This document shows, in pieces, positions 8,752 to 16,263 of a stretch of DNA of 64,000 nt. The position numbers were made by a program, and so were the translations under genes. The notes beneath the pieces were generated by a model. The model ran no database searches and had not been told where the DNA came from. It was given only the letters and a program-made list of their open reading frames with translations. The stretch covers positions 32,001 through 96,000 of the IMG/VR virus record IMGVR_UViG_3300017917_003565; one strand, 5' to 3'. How positions within the stretch are numbered: position 1 is the first letter of the stretch; each line of letters begins with the position of its first letter. Source of the DNA: a virus.

Positions 8752-9839
8752 TAGGCTTTCCTTTCGAACTCACGCATGAATTCCACCAGTGCTTGTACGC
8801 CTGCCACAGGCATGGCGTTGTAGATGCAGGCACGCATACCGCCGGCCAGTTTGTGCCCACGCAGAGCTATCAGCCCTGCTTCGGTTGATTGGGTCAAAAA
8901 CTTTTCATTCAATCCTTCATCTTTGAGATAAAACGTCACATTGGCCCGAGAACGGCACTCCGGACTGACCCGATTTTCATACAGCGAACTGGAATCAATG
9001 TAGTCGTACAACAAAGATGACTTGATTTTGCCAAGCCGTTCCATTTCTGCCACTCCGCCTTGGCGTTTGAGCCATTTCAACACCAGTCCAGAAACATAGA
9101 TTGCAAAAGTAGGTGGAGTGTTTACCCAAGGCACAGTATTTTTGGCCCAGTCCCAAATGGTCGGAGTTATGGGCATGGCGTGTCCCAACAGATCCCGGCG
9201 AACTATGACCACAGTGACTCCGGCTGGCCCTATGTTTTTTTGTGCTGCAGCAAACAACACTCCGCACTTACTGACGTCCATGTGCCTTGATAGGATATTG
9301 CTAGAGACATCAGCCACTAATGGCACTCCCGCGGTATCAGGAAAATCTTCAAACTCCACTCCGCCTACAGTTTCGTTGGAACAGATATGCACATAAGCTG
9401 CATCTTGAGAGAGATTCCATTGATCGCGATCTGGAATGCTGGTAAACTGACCATTGGATGGACAAGCCACGATGTTTGCCTGCCCATATTTTTGTGCTTC
9501 TTGGGCCGACATCTCAGACCAGATACCAGTGACAACAAAATCAGCTGTGCGATTCTTGGACAATGGCAAGAGATTCATGGGTATGGCTGCATTTTGTCCA
9601 ATACCTCCTCCCTGCAACATCAATATTTCATAGTCATCGGGAATCGCCATCAACTCACGTAGGTCAGCCAATGTTTCATAATAGACTTCTAAGAACTCCT
9701 GGCTACGATGGTTGAGTTCCATCATGCTGGTGCCTACACCGTTCCAGTTCAACATTTCGTCGGCGACCTGTTGTAGGACTTCTTCAGGTAGAGCCGACGG
9801 TCCGGGAGTGAAGTTGTAAACCCGATGATCAAACTTCAT
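8751..9839 (-). CDS. serC: Phosphoserine aminotransferase
   Basis: YNF.PGP..LP, HRS, LQGGG, CSNET..G, DVSS, AQKNIGPAG (PLP Lys), NTPPTF, GH...GG.RA..YNA. Confidence 0.95.
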   Translation of the reverse strand: MKFDHRVYNFTPGPSALPEEVLQQVADEMLNWNGVGTSMMELNHRSQEFLEVYYETLADLRELMAIPDDYEILMLQGGGIGQNAAIPMNLLPLSKNRTADFVVTGIWSEMSAQEAQKYGQANIVACPSNGQFTSIPDRDQWNLSQDAAYVHICSNETVGGVEFEDFPDTAGVPLVADVSSNILSRHMDVSKCGVLFAAAQKNIGPAGVTVVIVRRDLLGHAMPITPTIWDWAKNTVPWVNTPPTFAIYVSGLVLKWLKRQGGVAEMERLGKIKSSLLYDYIDSSSLYENRVSPECRSRANVTFYLKDEGLNEKFLTQSTEAGLIALRGHKLAGGMRACIYNAMPVAGVQALVEFMREFERKA

Positions 9840-9844
9840 GATGA

Positions 9845-10033
9845 TTAGGTTTTTTGAGCCAGGGCTTCTTTTTCTGCGGTGATTTCTTTACGGCGTTCTT
9901 TGATGGCCTTGCTCATTTCTTGCAGAGCTTTGCGGGCGCGGGCAGCCGAGGCTTTGACGCCTTTGCCGGAGAACTTGTCATTTTCAGCCAAGTAGGTTTC
10001 GAATGCTGTTTTGATTGCTTCGTGATTGCTCAT
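9845..10033 (-). CDS. Histone H1-like Hc1 family small basic protein
   Basis: ENDKF..KG.KASAARARKALQEM......RRKEI. Confidence 0.7.
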   Translation of the reverse strand: MSNHEAIKTAFETYLAENDKFSGKGVKASAARARKALQEMSKAIKERRKEITAEKEALAQKT

Positions 10034-10095
10034 TTGATTTCCTTAGGTTGGTGTGCAGAGCGCACCTATTAATTATACTGCACAAATCCCAGCTG

Positions 10096-10338
10096 TCAAA
10101 TATTTAGATGCCGTTTTAACCAAGGATCCCAAATCATCACATTGTCCCAATCATGGGGCCATGTCATGAGAAAAAGGTTGAATGTGTTGTGATCAAAGAT
10201 GTGCATACGGTTGTCCTCTACCTTGGCCTGTATGCTTTTGCTGGTGCTGGTCCAAGCGATCAAGCGTCCGCGGGCCGCGGGATCACGATGGATCACGGTA
10301 TACAAGGGTTCTGAGGTGCGATACTGGGGTATAGTCAT
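10096..10338 (-). CDS. Hypothetical protein
   Basis: Promoter TTGACA-16-TATAAT at 10072-10099 overlaps its end; gene packing. Confidence 0.6.
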   Translation of the reverse strand: MTIPQYRTSEPLYTVIHRDPAARGRLIAWTSTSKSIQAKVEDNRMHIFDHNTFNLFLMTWPHDWDNVMIWDPWLKRHLNI

Positions 10339-10575
10339 CTAGTGTAGAACTTGATCAACAGGTCTAGGCTCGTTGACTTGCTCTACATATTTAACGAATT
10401 CGTCGTCAATAATCAGTCTCTCGTCGTCGTGGGCCTGTGCCTGCTCGTCTGGCACTCCCAAAATCCTCATGAGGCCGCCAACATGAACTTCGGTTATACC
10501 ACAGTCATGCAATACCACGCAGAGATTTAGAATCGACAGGCGTATGGCCTGATCAACAGGAAGATCGTCCAGCAT
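10339..10575 (-). CDS. Hypothetical protein
   Basis: ATG 6 nt after TAAGTA. Confidence 0.6.
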   Translation of the reverse strand: MLDDLPVDQAIRLSILNLCVVLHDCGITEVHVGGLMRILGVPDEQAQAHDDERLIIDDEFVKYVEQVNEPRPVDQVLH

Positions 10576-10589
10576 AACACATACTTATG

Positions 10590-10868
10590 CTATCGGTATC
10601 GGCTTTCAATTTCTTGGGGTGATGATGGAACCACGCCTGTGGTCACTGTGTGTATTTTAACGATGCCGGATTCTTGGCACACAGGCTCGTCGGCAAATGC
10701 CCGGCTCACACGACAATCTTTGTTGTTTACGGCACTAACAGCATGGTCAGTTACTGTGCGTCCAGTAGTTTCACTCACAGCCACACTGCCTATGCCCAGT
10801 CCGGTGAGTACCATGGGAGTAGCACAACCCGACAATGCTACGGTACAGATCAACAGACAGCGGATCAT
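10590..10868 (-). CDS. Putative lipoprotein
   Basis: Signal peptide with lipobox LSGC; AGGAG RBS. Confidence 0.7.
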   Translation of the reverse strand: MIRCLLICTVALSGCATPMVLTGLGIGSVAVSETTGRTVTDHAVSAVNNKDCRVSRAFADEPVCQESGIVKIHTVTTGVVPSSPQEIESRYR

Positions 10869-10879
10869 GAGCTCTCCTA

Positions 10880-11190
10880 TGTAAGTGCCCGGCTACCTTA
10901 TGTCACAGGCCCCGGGCTGGAATAATACCAATTCGATGTGCTGTTTACTATCCCGCCGCAGTCGGTGTGGCCAAGTTTAAGGACTCACTACCACCAACCC
11001 GCACCACTAAGGCTGGTGCGCCGCCCTTCATTTGCCCCGAAGCCGGGTTGACATAGGTTTTGCTACTGGACTATTTGCTAGACCTCAACGGCTTTACTCG
11101 AGTTTACGGTTTATTGATCTAGTTAGTCAGGCTTGATCCGGTCCATCGCTTCCAATAGCAAAACCTATATCAGGGGGCGAACCCCCTGTG
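10880..11190 (-). ncRNA. Candidate structured ncRNA cluster
   Basis: About 310 nt without an ORF; UUCG hairpin, 21-bp closing stem around a three-way junction, further hairpins; G-U pairs work only on the minus strand. Confidence 0.6.
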
Positions 11191-11193
11191 GTA

Positions 11194-11517
11194 TTAGGCT
11201 ACTTCTTTAACTGCAGATTTTGCAGATGCTTTAGTTGCCTTGACCTTGACTTCACCGCGCTTGGCGATCTTGGTCTTCTCAGCCAGTTTGTTGGCTACTG
11301 CATAGCCAGCGTCGCCAGTCATGCCCAAAGTCTGCAAGTGCTGGAGAGCTTCTAACTTGGTCATTGCCTTGGGCAATTCGATCAAGTTAATGTTGGTGCA
11401 ACCTGCTTTGTTGAGGATCTTGATACGAGCTACCAAGTCATTGGCGAAACGAGCTTTGACAGTACCGTTAGGGTTCTGTGCCGTACCTGCTACTGTGAAT
11501 AACTTTTCTGCTGCCAT
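11194..11517 (-). CDS. Conserved basic hypothetical protein
   Basis: FTVAG....G.VKARFAND...RIKIL.K.G...I.L.ELP..MTK; own promoter TTGACA-17-TATAAT at 11580-11608. Confidence 0.7.
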   Translation of the reverse strand: MAAEKLFTVAGTAQNPNGTVKARFANDLVARIKILNKAGCTNINLIELPKAMTKLEALQHLQTLGMTGDAGYAVANKLAEKTKIAKRGEVKVKATKASAKSAVKEVA

Positions 11518-11637
11518 TTTGTGTTGCCTTTCTAAGTTGCCTTACTAGTTGATAAAAGTTTACTGCTACTACAATGACCATTATACTTGAAATCGAAATC
11601 AATGTCAACCATAATAGTCATATCTGGTTTACCAAAA

Positions 11638-11769
11638 TCACTTGTTTTGGTCTAAGATATTGGTAACCACACTGTTGGTAGTGTCCACAGCCTGTGCCAA
11701 AAGACTCTTGGTCACGGCCGGGTGTAACACCGCCAGGGTCACTAGGATACCAAAAATAAATCCTTTCAT
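11638..11769 (-). CDS. Small membrane protein (43 aa)
   Basis: GGAGG RBS; MKGFIFGILVTLAVLHP... Confidence 0.6.
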   Translation of the reverse strand: MKGFIFGILVTLAVLHPAVTKSLLAQAVDTTNSVVTNILDQNK

Positions 11770-11942
11770 CTGGAACCTCCAGTCATTTTGTCACGGGTCC
11801 ATTCTGACGCAGATGTCACGTCTTTGCCCAGACCGGCCACTGTGCCGCAACCCGTGATCATGAATACTGCTACCATGATCAAGGCCACCACACCCAGCGT
11901 AGGGCCATTCAGGGCCAACCATGCTACAAGTCGATCTTTCAT
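11766..11942 (-). CDS. Entericidin EcnA/B-like lipoprotein (58 aa)
   Basis: Hydrophobic leader then ITGC-GTVAGLGKDV; ATGA coupling on both sides. Confidence 0.7.
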   Translation of the reverse strand: MKDRLVAWLALNGPTLGVVALIMVAVFMITGCGTVAGLGKDVTSASEWTRDKMTGGSR

Positions 11943-12607
11943 GCTGCCTCCTGCTTGATGAGTTTGACACGACTGAGTTGGGTGGCTCGGTCAGCGTGTC
12001 GTTTGACACGGCCACTGAATCCTATGTTAGTGCCACAAGGCACAGCCTCACGATAGGCAAAAAACACCTGATGATTGCTGTCTGTAATCACTGTGACATA
12101 GAAAGTATTGTATTTGGCGCTGTAGTTGCATCGCACTACTTCACCCGATGTTGAAATCAGTTGATTGATTGGACCCAAGAGATCTGATTCGCAAAAGGCC
12201 AATCTGTTGTCAATTTTTTCACGATCCAAATTTTGTGCATGACTTTTAGGCATAGCCGCGATGACTGCGACCTCATATTCTGTGGTCACGGTTTCCAGAG
12301 AAGCCATCTTGGCTGACAGTAGATTCCATTCGCTGGCTTGCAGTTTCAGCGCCGCCATGGTAGCCGTGTTCAACAGATCTTGTCGGCATGCACGAGCCTG
12401 TTGATAGTCTGTTGCAGTGATAAACTGATGGCTAGAATCAGCCAGGTACAGTTGTACCAACTCGCGATTGCTGGGCCGAGTGATACGGCCTTCGGCTGAG
12501 ATCTCTGGGTATTTGAAATATCCGCCATTGATGCGATATGCGGCACTGGCCGCTGCCCAGACTAGATCTGCTGGATAGTTGAATTCAGATGGTTTACGCT
12601 TAGGCAT
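11939..12607 (-). CDS. Hypothetical protein with C-terminal OB-fold-like segment
   Basis: C-terminal 'GRVKRH...TQLSRVK' pattern. Confidence 0.55.
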   Translation of the reverse strand: MPKRKPSEFNYPADLVWAAASAAYRINGGYFKYPEISAEGRITRPSNRELVQLYLADSSHQFITATDYQQARACRQDLLNTATMAALKLQASEWNLLSAKMASLETVTTEYEVAVIAAMPKSHAQNLDREKIDNRLAFCESDLLGPINQLISTSGEVVRCNYSAKYNTFYVTVITDSNHQVFFAYREAVPCGTNIGFSGRVKRHADRATQLSRVKLIKQEAA

Positions 12608-12794
12608 ATTTGGCCCGTTGATTAAAATCCTGCATAAGATCCAGTTTTTGATAATACTGGTTCATGATGTGCTCCAGGATACCAGTCTGATCCATGCGTC
12701 CGGCACGCTCGCGAAGTAGCTCTAACACTTCGCGATCGGCATCAGTAATAGTGATGCTGATGGTCACATCCGGGTTAGGATCGTGGATGCTCAT
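12600..12794 (-). CDS. Hypothetical protein (possible ribbon-helix-helix)
   Basis: Alternating VTISITIT strand followed by helices. Confidence 0.45.
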   Translation of the reverse strand: MSIHDPNPDVTISITITDADREVLELLRERAGRMDQTGILEHIMNQYYQKLDLMQDFNQRAKYA

Positions 12795-12943
12795 TGTTGA
12801 GTTTCCTGAGATTGGAGTCGCAGATACTCTTGATTGAGTTCAGCGATGCGCCGCTCATTCTTTGCGTTGGTTTCAAGGTCTAGTTCACCCCGCACTTCGC
12901 ACAAGTAGATCAGTTCTTCAATGACATCGTTCAAGGTTCTCAT
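12791..12943 (-). CDS. Hypothetical protein (50 aa)
   Basis: GAGGAG RBS; ATGA overlaps. Confidence 0.6.
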   Translation of the reverse strand: MRTLNDVIEELIYLCEVRGELDLETNAKNERRIAELNQEYLRLQSQETQQ

Positions 12944-13113
12944 TCTTCAGTCTCCTCGTCAAAATCAAAATAACCATTGCCTTCGCTCATGTCCTTGACA
13001 TCGTCTTCGCTCATGTAGTTCATGCAATCACGAGCGATCTGTTCCCAACACAACACACCTTGTTCGGCCAACTCAATGACCCGACGGGTGGCACGACGGC
13101 TTTCGTTGGCCAT
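12940..13113 (-). CDS. Hypothetical protein (57 aa)
   Basis: TAATG coupling; 'C.NYMSEDDV.DM' phage motif. Confidence 0.6.
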   Translation of the reverse strand: MANESRRATRRVIELAEQGVLCWEQIARDCMNYMSEDDVKDMSEGNGYFDFDEETEE

Positions 13114-13451
13114 TAGTCTAACCTCGAATCAGCGTAGGCGTCAATACCAAACTGTTTGAGCACCGCGGCGTAGGCCACAGCACCATGCTCGGCTGCGTCT
13201 ACACTCTGTCCGGGCCACCAACGGTTCCATAGTTGCAACCCACCACGGTATGATTTGCGGAATCCAACTTCTTTGAGAGAACGGCCCAGTTTGGTGTTGC
13301 CTTTTTCAAGCACCGTGACCCAAGCGAACCCACAAGGGCCACCGTCGCGGCCGTTGAAATGTTTGTCGGCAAAGTTCTTGGAAGCCTGTTGAGCGGCTTC
13401 CATAGCGGTATTGTGTATGCTTTGGATATTGTCTATGGCTAACATATTCAT
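13113..13451 (-). CDS. Conserved phage hypothetical protein
   Basis: GPCGFAWV ... QS ... A.AYA.VL...GI.AYA.SRLD; AAGGAGCA RBS. Confidence 0.7.
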   Translation of the reverse strand: MNMLAIDNIQSIHNTAMEAAQQASKNFADKHFNGRDGGPCGFAWVTVLEKGNTKLGRSLKEVGFRKSYRGGLQLWNRWWPGQSVDAAEHGAVAYAAVLKQFGIDAYADSRLD

Positions 13452-13480
13452 TTCTGCTCCTTATTTTTTACTATACCTAT

Positions 13481-13546
13481 ATTATAACCGAAAATGCCAT
13501 TTCTGGTCAACCTGGGCGCAACCCGCTTGGTTAGTGCCCACTTACC
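13481..13546 (-). promoter_or_regulatory. Early promoter plus upstream palindromic box
   Basis: TTGACC-18-TATAAT; GGTTAGTGCCCACTTACC at 13529-13546. Confidence 0.75.
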
Positions 13547-13808
13547 TAAAATACACCGCGAAACGGTCAGCATCTTGCTTCCATACAGTGCTCTGGCCGA
13601 TGTATCGATTTTTACGACCACGATACATAATGTAGGTCTTGAAGCCAGACAATCGTTCCATCCTGCGGATGGTTGCCCGAGCCTGCGGCAGTACGCTCAT
13701 GGGCACATCTTTGACTATGCTGGCTTCACCAGCCGGGCTGGCGAACGCTGTGAAGAACTGCTGATCTTCTCGACTGAGATTGAAATGTGTCCAACGATCC
13801 AGTTTCAT
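13542..13808 (-). CDS. Hypothetical protein
   Basis: YRG.....K.DA.RFAVY motif; TAATG coupling. Confidence 0.6.
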   Translation of the reverse strand: MKLDRWTHFNLSREDQQFFTAFASPAGEASIVKDVPMSVLPQARATIRRMERLSGFKTYIMYRGRKNRYIGQSTVWKQDADRFAVYFR

Positions 13809-14086
13809 TACATGCTCCAGTAGGATTCGCTGGCTGGTGAGCAGAAGTTAGGTGTGTTCACATCTTCTTGATATTCTTTGCCCGACATTAAATTCTTACG
13901 AGTAACCATGCGTGGTCGATAATCTCGAGTGTGGGTGATCTCAAACTCGTTGCCCGTCCAACCGGCCTTTTTGATCAGTCGAGTGATGGTAGCCTTGGCG
14001 GCACTTTCGGTGCGATAGGCACGGGTGCGATTTGGACCATCTGACATGATGAGTCCGGTGGCTTTGACTATGATGTAGTATGACAT
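13808..14086 (-). CDS. Conserved phage hypothetical protein
   Basis: KNLMSGK....D.NTP..CSPASESYWSM; AAGGAGCA RBS. Confidence 0.7.
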   Translation of the reverse strand: MSYYIIVKATGLIMSDGPNRTRAYRTESAAKATITRLIKKAGWTGNEFEITHTRDYRPRMVTRKNLMSGKEYQEDVNTPNFCSPASESYWSM

Positions 14087-14112
14087 ATCTGCTCCTTTTT
14101 TTTAATATTGGG

Positions 14113-14186
14113 TGGGGTGTAGAGTTGGCCTGCACTTAGTTGACTCTACATTAAGGCGTTTACCGGTATTGCCAGTCGCCGCCCCA
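14113..14186 (-). ncRNA. Structured 5' leader (three-way junction)
   Basis: TGGGG/CCCCA, GGCG+ACTGG/CCGGT+CGCC, TGTAGAGT/ACTCTACA. Confidence 0.5.
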
Positions 14187-14201
14187 TAAACTTAACTATA
14201 A

Positions 14202-14237
14202 CTATATTATAACCGAAATGGGTATTTCTGGTCAACC
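14202..14237 (-). promoter_or_regulatory. Early promoter, identical 36-bp copy also at 14795-14830
   Basis: TTGACC-AGAAATACCCATTTCGGT-TATAAT. Confidence 0.85.
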
Positions 14238-14265
14238 ACTGCTAAACTGCGTGGTTGGCATGCAC

Positions 14266-14496
14266 TTACCTAGTGAAAAATAGCCCTACCAAGTAGATGC
14301 ACAGTAAACCCAGATTTACAGTAATCATGGCCAGTTCACGAATACGCAAGGCCCAGATCACGAACACCAAACTGCCCAGGTTCAAGAGATACACATTGAG
14401 TGGATCGATCCTTAGGCTAGTACACAAGGCACCAGCCAAGGTGATGATAGTGCCGGCCCATTTCAGGGCCCAGGTCAGTCTATCGTTGCGGTTCAA
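14266..14496 (-). CDS. Small membrane protein (paralogue of 23262-23492)
   Basis: KW.GT...L.GA..T.....P.N.YL.NLG...W......A...VN.GLL..Y..GL. Confidence 0.7.
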   Translation of the reverse strand: MNRNDRLTWALKWAGTIITLAGALCTSLRIDPLNVYLLNLGSLVFVIWALRIRELAMITVNLGLLCIYLVGLFFTR

Positions 14497-14771
14497 ACAA
14501 CCTCCAAGAGATTGGCCGGAACACGATACACACCTCGCTGGGTGCTGACTGTGATGTTCTTGATCTTGACATCTTTGACCGGCCCCTGCAAATCTAGGCC
14601 CAGTTTAGGATGATAGAACTTAACGGTATCGCCTACACGGATCGACCGTTTGACTTCTTGACCGATCTGTCTGCGCCGAAACTGTATGGCCTGGGCGATG
14701 GCATTGAGTTGATCATTGGTAAAGTTACCTTGCATGATCTCATGGTTGATTTCTGAAATCGTGGGCATCAT
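14493..14771 (-). CDS. Hypothetical protein with SH3/KOW-like C-terminus
   Basis: IRVGD.VKF ... G.V..V..KN..V.....YRVPANLL; AAGGAGCA RBS. Confidence 0.65.
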   Translation of the reverse strand: MMPTISEINHEIMQGNFTNDQLNAIAQAIQFRRRQIGQEVKRSIRVGDTVKFYHPKLGLDLQGPVKDVKIKNITVSTQRGVYRVPANLLEVV

Positions 14772-14794
14772 TGCTCCTTGATTGTTTATGATAT

Positions 14795-14852
14795 CTATAT
14801 TATAACCGAAATGGGTATTTCTGGTCAACCTTTGAAGTTAGTGCGCACTTAT
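14795..14852 (-). promoter_or_regulatory. Early promoter (second copy) plus palindromic box
   Basis: Same 36-mer as 14202-14237; GTTAGTGCGCACTTAT at 14837-14852. Confidence 0.85.
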
Positions 14853-14856
14853 CAAT

Positions 14857-14884
14857 AAAAAACCCTACTAGGAGTAGGGTTTTT
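14857..14884 (-). terminator. Intrinsic terminator after ahpD
   Basis: AAAACCCTACT-CCT-AGTAGGGTTTTTT; T-runs on both strands. Confidence 0.85.
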
Positions 14885-14908
14885 GGTGTGGTTTTTAGAC
14901 AACAGTGT

Positions 14909-15430
14909 TTAGCTGTTGAGTATTTTAGCCACGGAGTTGATCACCGAAGCAATACGTCCAATATCACGAAGTTGCTCCACAGTGTATCCTTCTTTTTTCA
15001 GTGTGTCATAGTGAGCTTTCACACAGAAATGACATTTGCCCACGATGCTGGCTGCCAGGCTGTAGGCTTCAAAACGTGCTTTGGTGGTGCCACCGTGAGT
15101 GGTGATGGCATTCATGCGCAGTTGTGCAGGCAAGCCACTTAGATTGGCATCGTCAGCCATTTCCACAAATGGATACCAAGTGTTGGTCATGGTCATCAGA
15201 CTTGATGCTGTCATGGCTGCATCACGTTCGGTCACGTGTCCTTCGGATTCTAAGTTGCCCGAGATAAACGTAATCAGTTTGCCATTGCCGGTGCTCATGG
15301 CGGCTGCCAATGCGCAGGCCTGTGCTTCTACTGGATCCAGCGTGGATCGTTTAATCACTGCCTCGATGTTAAGACGTGTATCCTTAGCATAGTCCGGAAT
15401 ACTTTCTTTGAGTTGGTCTACCCATTGCAT
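14909..15430 (-). CDS. ahpD: Alkyl hydroperoxide reductase AhpD
   Basis: IPDYAKD.RLN, LRMN, E.YSLAAS..GKCHFCV..H. Confidence 0.93.
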   Translation of the reverse strand: MQWVDQLKESIPDYAKDTRLNIEAVIKRSTLDPVEAQACALAAAMSTGNGKLITFISGNLESEGHVTERDAAMTASSLMTMTNTWYPFVEMADDANLSGLPAQLRMNAITTHGGTTKARFEAYSLAASIVGKCHFCVKAHYDTLKKEGYTVEQLRDIGRIASVINSVAKILNS

Positions 15431-15572
15431 GTTGATTGTTCCTCTAATGTTTGATAAGCGCCAGGTGCAGGGAGATCACTATAGTGATCCCACTCTGAAT
15501 GGTCAACTGTAGTTTCAAAAAATTCTTGTTGGGTCACGGCAAATACTTGGTCCCAGATTTTTTCAAAACTGT

Positions 15573-16106
15573 TCACAGTGTCTCACCGCCCACAGCACGA
15601 TTACATGCACACTTCTCACCGGTCTGCAGGGCATCCAATATACGAAGAGTTTCATCGGAACTGCGACCAACGTTCAAGTTGTTGACTGTAACGTGCTGGA
15701 TAACACCTTCTGGATCCACAATGAATGTTGCACGGAGTGCAGCGCCTGCTGGTGAGTAGAACACACCCAGTTGATCAATCAAGCTCAACTCACCACGTTG
15801 GGTGTCAGCGAACTGGATGTGGCGGATCTTCTTGAGATCTTCATGTGCGGATTGCCATGCCAACTTACAGAACTCATTGTCTGTTGACCCTGTGAGCAGA
15901 ACGGCGTCGCGGTCCGCAAAATCCTGGAATAACTTGTCGTAGGCCACGATCTCTGTGGGGCATACGAATGTAAAGTCCTTGGGGTAGTACACAATGACTT
16001 TCCACTTGCCAGCGAACGATTCGTCGGTGATGGTAAAGAAATCGTCTTTGCCTGGATTCACGCCGGTCACGGCAAACTTGGTGATTTTATCTCCTACTGT
16101 TTTCAT
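15573..16106 (-). CDS. ahpC: Peroxiredoxin AhpC
   Basis: YPKDFTFVCPTEI, RATFIVDP.G.I, C-terminal CAC. Confidence 0.95.
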   Translation of the reverse strand: MKTVGDKITKFAVTGVNPGKDDFFTITDESFAGKWKVIVYYPKDFTFVCPTEIVAYDKLFQDFADRDAVLLTGSTDNEFCKLAWQSAHEDLKKIRHIQFADTQRGELSLIDQLGVFYSPAGAALRATFIVDPEGVIQHVTVNNLNVGRSSDETLRILDALQTGEKCACNRAVGGETL

Positions 16107-16161
16107 GCTTTCTCCTTGAAGTTTAGAAATGGTACTCAGTGTTTTTACTGAGCATGTGCAT

Positions 16162-16250
16162 ATTATATATCCTAAAAAAACCTATTGTCAACAGATTTTC
16201 ATAGGTTTTTTCTATTGTATTTTTTAATGACTGATATTAGGAAAATCTAT
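16162..16250 (-). promoter_or_regulatory. ahpC promoter with OxyR-like boxes
   Basis: TTGACA-18-TATAAT; ATAG-N7-CTAT at 16201-16215 and ATTA-N7-CTAT at 16236-16250. Confidence 0.6.
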
Positions 16251-16263
16251 AAGTCTCAAGAGA

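Noticed and set aside
10885-10920. c-di-GMP-I riboswitch (GGCCT..GGTAGCCGGG resembles its second stem)
   Set aside because: The upstream GCAAA/GNRA stem is missing
11051-11171. Hammerhead or twister ribozyme, or retron msr-msd
   Set aside because: No CUGANGA+GAAA core, only partial twister likeness, and no RT nearby; retained as an unassigned ncRNA
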